From NCBI RefSeq assembly GCF_009914755.1, contig NC_060933.1: 64,000 bases of DNA. One strand, written 5' to 3'. The position numbers were made by a program, and so were the translations under genes. The notes below the pieces were generated by a model. The model was not told the DNA's origin and ran no database searches. It saw nothing but the letters and a program-made list of their open reading frames with translations. Of this stretch, positions 41,901 to 53,486 are shown piece after piece. Numbering within the stretch: the first letter of the stretch is position 1; each line of letters opens with the position of its first letter. The stretch is from the human T2T-CHM13v2.0 reference genome, Homo sapiens.

Positions 41901-44900
41901 CGAGTTGAATCCATTGCATTTCATTCCATTCCATTCCATTCCATTCCATTCCGGAATTTTCCATTCCATTGCCTTCCATTCCATTCCATTCCCCTGCACT
42001 CGCGTTGATTCCATTCCATTGCATTCCATTCCATTCCGTTCCGTTCCATTCCATTCCATTCCATTCCGTTCCGTTCCATTCCATTCCATTCCATTCTATT
42101 CGGGTTAATTCCATTCCATTCCATTCGATTGCAATCGAGTTGATTCCATTCCATTCCATTCCATTCCATTCCATTCCATTCCATTCCATTCCTTTCCATT
42201 CCATTACGGATGATTCCATTCCATTGCATTCCATTCCATTCCATTCCCTTGTACTCGGGTTGATTCCATTCCATTCCATTCCAATCCATGCCATTCCACT
42301 CTTGTTGATTCCATTATTTCCATTCCATTCAAGTTGAATCCATTCCATTTCATTCCATTCAATTTGATTCCATTCGATTGCACTCGGGTTGATTCCATTC
42401 CATTGCATTCCATTCCATTCCATTCCATTCCATTCCATTCCATTCGGATTGATTCTATTCAATTCCCTTACACTGCATTACATTCCAATCCATTCGGGTA
42501 GTTTCCATTCCATTCCATTCCATTCCTCTCCATTCCATTGCACTCGGGTTGATTCCATTCCATTGCATTCCATTCCATTCCATTCAATTCCATTCCGTTC
42601 CAATCAATTCCATTACATTCGGATTGATTCTATTCAACTCCCTTACTCTCCATTCCATTCCATTCCATTCGGGTTGTTCCATTCCATTCCATTCCATTCC
42701 ACTCCATTCCATTGCACTCGGGTTGATTCCATTCCATTCCATTCCATTCCATTCCATTCCAATCGAGTTGATTCCATTCCATTCCATTCCATTCCAGTCC
42801 TTTCCATTCCATTCCACTCGGGTTGATTCCATTCTATTAGTTTCCATTCCATTCCATTCCCTTCCATTCCACTCTGGTTGATTCCATTCCTTTCCACTCC
42901 ACTTGAATACATTCCCTCCTATTCCACTCGGAACGATTCCATTCCATTCCATTCCATTCCATTCCATTCCATTTCGTTCCATTCCATTCTATTCCGTATC
43001 ATTCCATTCCATTCCATTCCATTCCATTCCATTCCATTCCATTCCATTGTACTCGGGTTGATTCCATTCCATTGCATTCCATTCCATTCCATTCCATTCC
43101 ATTCCATTCCATTCCATTCCATTCCGTTCCATTCCATTACATTCGGATTGATTCTTTGCAACTCCCTTACTCTCCATTACATTCCATTCCATTCGGATTG
43201 TTCCATTCCATTCCATTCCATTCCACTCCATTCTATTGCACTCGGGTTGATTCCATTCCATTCCATTGCATTCCATTCCGGATGATTCCATTCCATTGCA
43301 TTCCGTTCCATTACATTCCCCTGCACTCGGGTTGATTACATTCCATTCCATTCCATTCCATTCCATTCCATTCCCTTCCATTCCATTCCATTCCTTTCCA
43401 TTCCAGTCCTTTCCATTCCATTCCACTCGGGTTGATTCCATTCTATTAGTTTCCATTCCATTCCATTCCCTTCCATTCCACTCTGGTTGATTCCATTCCT
43501 TTCCATTCCACTCGAATACATTCCCTCCTATTCCACTCGGAACGATTCCATTCCATTCCATTCCATTCCATTCCATTCCATTCCATTCCATTCCATTCCA
43601 TTTCGTTCCATTCCATTCTATTCCGTATCATTCCATTCCATTCTATTCCATTCCATTCCATTCCACTCGTGTTGATTTCATTCCTTTCCATTCCATTCGG
43701 CTTGAAGGCATTCCATTCCATTCCATTCCATTCCATTCCATTCCATTCCATTCCATTCCATTCTACTCGGGTTGATTCCATTCCATTGCATTCCATTCCA
43801 TTCCATTCCATTCCATTCCGTTGCATTCCATTCCATTACATTCGGATTGATTCTATTCAACTCCCTTACTCTCCATTACATTCCCTTCCATTCGGGTTCT
43901 TCCATTCCATTCCATTCCGTTCCACTCCATTCCATTGCACTCGGATTGATTCCATTCCATTCCATTCCATTCCATTCCATTCCGGATGATTCCATTCCAT
44001 TGCATTCCGTTCCATTACATTCCCCTGCACTCGGGTTGATTCCATTCCATTCCATTCCATTCCATTCCATTCCATTCCATTCCATTCCAATTCTTTCCAT
44101 TCCATTCTATTCGTTACCGTTCAATTCCATTCCATACAATTCCATTCCATTCCATTCCACTCCGTTCCGTTCCGTTCCGTTCCGTTCCATTCCATTCCAT
44201 TCCATTCTCTTTGGTTTAATTCCATTCCATTCCATTCCATTCCATTCTATTCCATTCCATTGCAATCGAGTGGAATCCATTGCATTCCATTCCATTCCAT
44301 TCCATTCCATTCCGGAAGTTTCCATTCCATTGTATTCCATTCCATTCCATTCCATTCCATTCCATTCCATTCCATTCCATTTCGCTCCATTCCATTCTAT
44401 TCCGTCTCATTCCATTCCATTCCATTCCATTCCATTCCATTCCATTCCACTCGTGTTGATTCCATTCCTTTCCATTCCATTCGGTTTGAAGGCATTCCAT
44501 TCCATTCCATTCCATTCCATTCCATTCCATTGTACTCGGGTTGATTCCATTCCATTGCATTCCATTCCATTCCATTCCATTCCATTCCATTCCATTCCGT
44601 TGCATTCCATTCCATTACATTCGGATTGATTCTATTCAACTCCCTTACTCTCCATTACATTCCATTCCATTTGGGTTGTTCCATTCCATTCCATTCCATT
44701 CCACTCCATTCGATTGCACTCGGGTTGATTCCATTCCATTCCATTCCATTCCATTCCATTCCGGATGATTCCATTCCATTGCATTCCGTTCCATTACATT
44801 CCCCTGCACTCGCGTTGATTCCATTCCATTCCATTCCATTCCATTCAATTCCATTCCATTACAATTCCTTCCATTCCATTCTATTCCGTACCATTCCATT

Positions 44901-44930
44901 CCATTCCATACCATTCCATTCCATTCCATT
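32950..44930 (+). repeat. Four-copy ~3.2 kb local higher-order repeat (first copy lacks a ~624 bp block)
   Basis: ccggaattttcc at 32974, 35550, 38740, 41951. cgagtggaat at 34711, 37891, 41097, 44267 (spacings 3180, 3206, 3170). ORF-track translations recur nearly identically at these offsets. Confidence 0.92.
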
Positions 44931-47900
44931 CCTTTCCATTCCGTTCCATTCCATTCCATTCCATTCTATTCCGGTTAATTCCATTCCATTCCATTCCATT
45001 CCATTCCATTCTATTCCATTCCATTGCAATCGAGTTGAATCAATTGCATTTCATTCCATTCCATTCCATTCCATTCCATTCCGGAAGATTCCATTCCATT
45101 GCATTCCATTCCATTCCATTCCCCTGCACTCGCGTTGATTCCATTCCATTCCATTCCATTCCATCCATTCCGTTCCGTTACGTTCCATTCCATTCCATTC
45201 CATTCCATTCCATTCCGTTCCGTTCCATTCCATTCCATTCCATTCTATTCGGGTTAATTCCATTCCATTCCATTCGATTGCAATCGAGTTGATTCCATTC
45301 CATTCCATTCCATTCCATTCCATTCCATTCCATTCCATTCCTTTTCATTCCATTACGGATGATTCCATTCCATTGCACTCCATTCCATTCCATTCCCCTG
45401 TACTCGGGTTGATTCCATTCCATTCCATTCCAATCCATGTCATTCCACTCGTGTTGATTCCATTCTTTCCATTCCATTCAAGTTGAATCCATTCCATTGC
45501 ATTCCATTCCATTCGATTCCATTCGATTGCACTCGGGTTGATTCCATTCCATTGCATTCCATTCCATTCCATTCCATTGCATTCCATTCCATTCCATTCC
45601 GTTCCATTCCATTCCATTACATTCGGATTGATTCTATTCAATTCCCTTACACTCCATTACATTCCATTCCATTCGGGTAGTTTCCATTCCATTCCATTCC
45701 ATTCCTCTCCATTCCATTGCACTCGGATTTATTCCATTCCATTGCATTCCATTCCATTCCATTCAATTCCATTCCGTTCCATTCCATTCCATTACATTCG
45801 GATTGATTCTATTCAACTCCCTTACTCTCCATTACATTCCATTCCATTCGGGTTGTTCCATTCCATTCCATTCCATTCCACTCCATTCCATTTGACTCGG
45901 GTTTATTCCATTCCATTCCATTCCATTCCATTCCATTCCATTCCGGAAGATTCCATTCCATTGCATTCCATTCCATTCCATTCCCCTGCACTCGCGTTGA
46001 TTCCATTCCATTCCATTCCATTCCATTCCTTTCCTTTCCATTCCATTCCATTCCATTCCATTCCAACCCATTCCATTCCGTTCCGTTCCGTTCCATTCCA
46101 TTCCATTCCATTCTATTCGGGTAAATTCCATTCCATTCCATTCGATTGCAATCGAGTTGATTCCATTCCATTATATTCCATTCCATTCCATTCTATTCGG
46201 GTAAATTCCATTCCATTCCATTCGATTGCAATCGAGTTGATTCCATTCCATTCTATTCCATTCCATTCCATTCCTTTCCATTCCATTACGGATGATTCCA
46301 TTCCATTCCATTCCATTCCATTCCATTCCCCTGTATTCGGGTTGATTCCATTCCATTCCATTCCAATCCATGCCATTCCACTCGTGTTGATTCCATTCTT
46401 TCCATTCCATTCAAGTTGAATCCATTCCATTGCATTCCATTCCATTCCATTACCCTGCAGTCGGGTTGATTCCATTCCATTCCATTCCATTCCATTCCAT
46501 TCCATTCCATTCCATTCCGTTCCGTTCCATTCCATTCCATTCCCTTCCATTCGGGTTAATTCCATTCCATTCCATTCCATTCCATTCCAATCGAGTTGAT
46601 TCCATTCCATTGCATTCCATTCCATTCCACTCCATTCCAGTCCTTTCCATTCCATTCCACTCGGGTTGATTCCAGTGTATTCCTTTCCATTCCATTCCAT
46701 TCCATTGCAATCGAGTTGATTCCATTGCTTTGCGTTCCATTCCATTCCATTCCATTCCGGATGATTCCATTCCATTGCATTCCATTCCATTCCATTCCCC
46801 TGCACTCGGGTTGATTCCATTCCATTCCACTCCATTCCGTTCCATTCCATTCCATTCCATTGTATTCCGGTTAATTCCATTCCATTCCATTCCATTCCAT
46901 TCCATTCCATTCCATTCCATTCCATTACAATCGAGTTGATTTCATTCCATTCCATTCCATTCCAGTCCTATCCATTCCATTCCACTCGGGTTGATTCCAT
47001 TCTATTAGTTTCCATTCCATTCCATTCCCTTCCATTCCACTCTAGTTGATACCATTCCTTTCCATTCCACTCGAATACATTCCCTCCTATTCCACTCGGA
47101 ACGATTCCATTCCATTCCATTCCATTCCATTCCATTCCATTTCGTTCCATTCCATTCTATTCCGTATCATTCCATTCCATTCCATTCCATTCCATTCCAT
47201 TCCATTCCATTGTACTCGGGTTGATTCAATTCCATTGCGTTCCATTCCATTCCATTCCGTTGCATTCCATTCCATTACATTCGGATGGATTCTATTCAAC
47301 TCCCTTACTCTCCATTACATTCCACTCCATTCGGGTTTTTCCATTCCATTCCATTCCATTCCACTCCATTCCATTGCACTCGGGTTGATTCCATTCCATT
47401 CCATTCCATTCCATTCCATTCCATTACATTCCGGATGATTCCATTCCATTGCATTCCGTTCCATTACATTCCCCTGCACTCGCGTTGATTCCATTCCATT
47501 CCATTCCATTCCATTCCATTCAATTCCATTCCATTACAATTCGTTCCATTCCATTCTATTCAGTACCATTCCATTCCATTCCATACCATTCCATTCCATT
47601 CCATTCCGTTCCATTCCGTTCCATTCCATTCCATTCCATTCTATTCGGGTTAATTCCATTCCATTCCATTCCATTCCATTCTATTCCATTCCATTGCAAT
47701 CGAGTTGAATCCATTGCCTTTCATTCCCTTCCATTCCATTCCATTCCATTCCGGAAGATTCCATTCCATTGCATTCCATTCCATTCCATTCCCCTGCACT
47801 CGCGTTGATTCCATTCCATTCCATTCCATTCCATTCGATCCATTCCGTTCCGTTCCGTTCCATTCCATTCCATTCCATTCCATTCCATGCCGTTCCGTTC

Positions 47901-50900
47901 CATTCCATTCCATTCCATTCCATTCTATTCTGGTTAATTCCATTCCATTCCATTCGATTGCAATCGAGTTGAGTTCCATTCCATTCCATTCCATTCCATT
48001 CCATTCCATTGCTTTCCATTCCATTACGGATGATTCCATTCCATTGCATTCCATTCCATTCCATTCCCCTGTACTCGGGTTGATTCCATTCCATTCCATT
48101 CCAATCCATACCATTCCACTCGTGTTGATTCCATTCTTTCCATTCCATTCAAGTTGAATCCATTCCATTGCATTCCATTCCATTCGATTCCATTCGATTG
48201 CACTCGGGTTGATTCCATTCCATTGCATTCCATTCCATTCCATTCCATTCCATTCCATTCCATTCCATTCCGTTCCATTCCATTTCATTCCATTCCATTC
48301 CATTCCATTCCATTCCATTCCATTTCATTCCGTTCCATTGCATTCAATTACATTCGGATTGATTCTATTCAATTCCCTTACACTCCATTACATTCCATTC
48401 CATTCGGGTAGTTTCCATTCCATTCCATTCCATTCCTGTCCATTCCATTGCACTCGGGTTGATTCCATTCCATTGCAATCCATTCCATTCCATTCAATTC
48501 CATTCCGTTCCATTCCATTCCATTACATTCGGATTGATTCTATTCAACTCCCTTACTCTCCATTACATTCCATTCCATTCGGGTTGTTCCATTCCATTCC
48601 ATTCCATTCCACTCTATTCCATTGCACTCGGGTTTATTCCATTCCATTCCATTCCATTCCATTCCATTCCATTCCGGAAGATTCCATTCCATTGCATTCC
48701 ATTCCATTCCATTCCCCTGCACTCGCGTTGATTCCATTCCATTCCATTCCATTCCATTCCATTCCATTCCATTCCATTCCTTTCCGTTCCATTCCATTCC
48801 ATTCCATTCCATTCCAATCCATTCCATTCCGTTCTGTTCCGTTCCATTCCATTCCATTCCATTCTATTCGGGTTAATTCCATTCCATTCCATTCGATTGC
48901 AATCGAGTTGATTCCATTCCATTCCATTCCATTCCATTCCTTTCCATTCCATTACGGATGATTCCATTCCATTGCATTCCATTCCATTCCATTCCCCTGT
49001 ACTCGTGTTGATTCCATTCCATTCCATTCCAATCCATGCAACTCCACTCGTGTTGATTCCATTCTTTCCATTCCATTCAAGTTGAATCCATTCCATTGCA
49101 TTCCATTCCATTCCATTCCCCTGCAGTCGGGTTGTTTCCATTGCATTCCATTCCATTCCATTCCATTCCGTTCCGTTCCATTCCATTCCATTCCATTCTA
49201 TTCGGATTAATTCCATTCCATTCCATTCCATTCCATTCCATTCCATTCCATTCCAATCGAGTTGATTCCATTCCATTCCATTCCATTCCATTCCACTCCA
49301 TTCCAGTCCTTTCCATTCCATTCCACTCGGGTTGATTCCAATGTATTCCTTTCCATTCCATTCCATTCCATTGCAATCGAGTTGATTCCATTGCTTTGCA
49401 TTCCATTCCATTCCATTCCATTCCGGATGATTCCATTCCATTGCATTCCATTCCATTCCATTCCCCTGCACTCGGGTTGATTCCATTCGATTCCACTCCA
49501 TTCCGTTCCATTCCATTCCATTGCATTGTATTCGGGTTAATTCCATTCCATTCCATTCCATTCCATTCCATTCCATTCCATTCCATTCCATTCCATTCCA
49601 TTTCAATCGAGTTGATTCCATTCCATTCCATTCCATTCCAGTCCTTTCCATTCCATTCCTCTCGGGTTGATTCCATTCTATTAGTTTCCATTCCATTCCA
49701 TTCCCTTCCATTCCACTCAGGTTTTTTCCATTCCTTTCCATTCCACTCGAATACGTTCCCTCCTATTCCACTCAGAACGATTCCATTCCATTCCATTCCA
49801 TTCCATTCCATTCCATTCCATTCCATTCCATTTCGTTCCATTCCATTCTATTCCGTATCATTCCATTCCATTCCATTCCATTCCATTCCATTCCATTCCA
49901 TTGTACTCGGGTTGATTCAATTCCTTTGCATTCCATTCCATTCCATTCCATTCCATTCCGTTGCATTCCATTCCATTACATTCGGATTGATTCTATTCAA
50001 CTCCCTTACTCTCCATTACATTCCATTCCATTCGGGTTGTTCCATTCCATTCCATTCCATTCCACTCCATTCCATTGCACTCGGGTTGATTCCATTCCAT
50101 TCCATTCCATTCCATTCCATTCCATTCCATTCCATTCCGGATGATTCCATTCCATTGCATTCCGTTCCATTACATTCCCCTGCACTCGCGTTGATTCCAT
50201 TCCATTCCATTCCATTCCATTCAATTCCATTCCATTACAATTCGTTCCATTCCATTCTATTCCGTACCATTCCATTCCATTCCATACCATTCCATTCCAT
50301 TCCATTCTATTCCATTCCATTTCTGATGATTCCATTCCATTGCATTCCATTCCATTCCATTCCCCTGCACTCAGGTTGATTCCATTCCATTCTATTCCAT
50401 TACATTCCGTTCCATTCCATTCCAATCCATTCCATTCCATTCTATTCGGGTTAATTCATTCCATTCCATTCCATTCCATTCTATTTCATTCCATTGCAAT
50501 CGAGTTGAATCCATTCCATTCCGTTCCATTCCGTTCCATTCCATTCCATTCCATTCTATTCATGTTAATTCCATTCCGTTCTATTCCATTCCATTCCATT
50601 GGAATCGAGTTGATTCCTTTCCATTCCATTCCATTCCATTCCATTCCATTCCATTCCATTCCATTCCGGATGATTCCATTCCATTGCATTCCATTCCATT
50701 CCATTGCATTCCATTCCGGATGATTCCATTCCATTGCATTCCATTCCATTCCATTCCCCTGCACTCGTGTTGATTCCATTCCATTCCATTCCATTACCTT
50801 CCTTTCCATTCCATTCCATTCCATTCTATTCGGGTTAATTCCATTCCATCCCATTCCATTCCAATCCATTCCATTCCATTGCAATCGAGTTGAATCCATT

Positions 50901-53451
50901 CCATTCCAATCCATTCCATTCCATTGCGGAAGATTCCATTCCATTGCATTCCATTCCATTCCATTCCCCTGCACTCGCGCTGATTCCATTCCATTCCATT
51001 CCATTCCATTTCATTCCGTTCCTTTCCGTTCCATTCCATTCCATTCCATTCTATTCCATTCCGTTCCGTTCCATTCCATTCCATTCCATTCCATTCTATT
51101 CGGGTTAATTCCATTCCATTCCATTCTATTGCAATCGAGTTGATTCCATTCCTTTCCATTCCATTCTTTTCCATTCCATTCCATTCCATTCCATTCCTTT
51201 CCATTCCTTTACGGATGATTCCATTCCATTGCATTCCATTCCATTCTATTCCCCTGTACTCGGGTTGATTCCATTCCATTCCATTCCAATCTATTTGGGT
51301 TAATTCCCTTCCATTCTATTCCATTCCATTCCATTCCATTCCATTGCAATCGAGTTGATTCCATTCCATTCCATTCAGTTCCATTCCATTCCATTTCGTT
51401 CCAATCCATTCGGTTCTGTACCATTCCATTTCATTCCTTTCCATTCCATTCCATGCCATTCCACTCGGGTTGATTCCATTCCTTTCCATTACATTGGTGT
51501 TGAATCCATTCCATTCCTTTCCATTCCTTTCGATTCCATTCCATTACACTCGGGTTGATTCCATTCCGTTCCATTCCATTCAATTCCATTCCTTTCCATT
51601 CCATTCCCTTGCATTCGGATTGATTCCATTCAATTCCCTTACACTCCATTATATTCCATTCCATTCGGGTTTTTTACATTCCATTCCATTCCATTCCACT
51701 CCATTCCATTGCAATCGGGTTGATTCCATTCCATTCCATTCCATTCCATTCCATTCCATTGCGGATGATTCCATTCCATTGCATTCCTTTCCATTACATT
51801 CCACTGCACTCGGGTTGATTCCATTCCATTGCATTCCATTCCATTCCATTCCATTCCATTCCAATTCGTTCCATTCCATTCTATTCCGCACCATTCCATT
51901 CCATTCCATTCCATTCCATTCCATTCCGTTCCGTTGCGTTCCATTCCATTCCATTCCATTCTATTCGGGTTAATTCCATTCCATTCCATTCCATTCCATT
52001 CCATTCCATTCCATTCTATTCCATTCCATTGCAATCGAGTTGAATCCATTCCATTCCTTTCCATTCCTTTCGATTCCATTCCATTATACTCGGGTTGATT
52101 CCATTCCATTCCATTCCATTCCATTCCATTCCATTCCATTCCATTCCATTCCTTTCCATTCCATTCCATTACATTCGGATTGATTCCATTCAATTCCCTT
52201 ACACTCCATTATATTCCATTCCATTCGGGTTGTTTACATTCCATTCCATTCCATTCCACTCCATTCCATTGCACTCGGGTTGATTCCATTCCATTCCATT
52301 CCATTCCATTCCGGATGATTCCATTCCATTGCATTCCGTTCCATTACATTCCCCTGCACTCGGGTTGATTCCATTCCATTCCATTCGATTCCATTCCATT
52401 CCAATTCGTTCCATTCCATTCTATTCCGTACCATTCCATTCCATTCCATACCATTCCATTCCATTCCATTGCATTCCAATCCATTCCGTTCCGTTCCATT
52501 CCGTTCCGTTCCATTCCATTCCATTCCATTCTATTCGGGTTGATTCCATTCCTTTCCATTCCATTCCATTCCATTCTATTCCATTCCATTGGAATCGAGT
52601 TGAATGCATTGCATTCCATTCCATTCCATTCCATCCCATTCCATTCCATTCCATTCCGGAACATACCATTCCATTGCATTCCATTCCATTCCATTCCACT
52701 GCACTCGCGTTGATTCCATTCCAGTCCATTCCATTCCATTCCATTCCTTTCCATTCCATTCCGTTCCGTTCCATTCCATTCCATTCCATTCCGTTCCGTT
52801 CCATTCCATTCCATTCCATTCTATTCGGGTTAATTCCATTCCATTCCATTCGATTGCAATCTAGTTGATTCCATTCGATTCCATTCCATTCCATTCCATT
52901 CCATTCCTTTCCATTTCATTACAGAAAATTCCATTCCATTGCATTCCATTCCATTCCATTCCATTCCCCTGTAATCGGGTTGATTCCATTCCATTCCATT
53001 CCAATTCATGCCATTCCACTCGTGTTGTTTCCATTCTTTCCATTCCATTCAAGTTGAATCCATTCCATTGCATTCCATTCCATTCGATTCCATTCGATGG
53101 CACTCGGGTTGATTCCATTCCATTGCATTCCGTACCATTCCATTCCATTCCATACCATTCGATTCCATTCCATTCCATTCCATTCCTTTCCATTCCTTTC
53201 CATTCCGTTCCATTCCATTCCATTCCAATCTATTAGGGTTAATTCCATTCCATTCCATTCCATTCCATTACATTCCATTCTATTCCATTCCATTGCAATC
53301 GAGTTGAATCCACTGCATTCCATTCCATTCCATTCCATTCCATTCCATTCCATTCCATTCCGGAAGATTCCTTTCCATTGCATTCCATTCCATTCCATTC
53401 CCCTTCACTCGCGTTGATTCCATTCCATTCCATTCCATTCCATTCCATTCC

Positions 53452-53486
53452 GTTCCGTTCCGTTCCGTTCCGTTCCGTTCCGTTCC
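53452..53486 (+). repeat. (GTTCC)7 variant-pentamer run
   Basis: Seven consecutive GTTCC units read directly. Confidence 0.9.
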
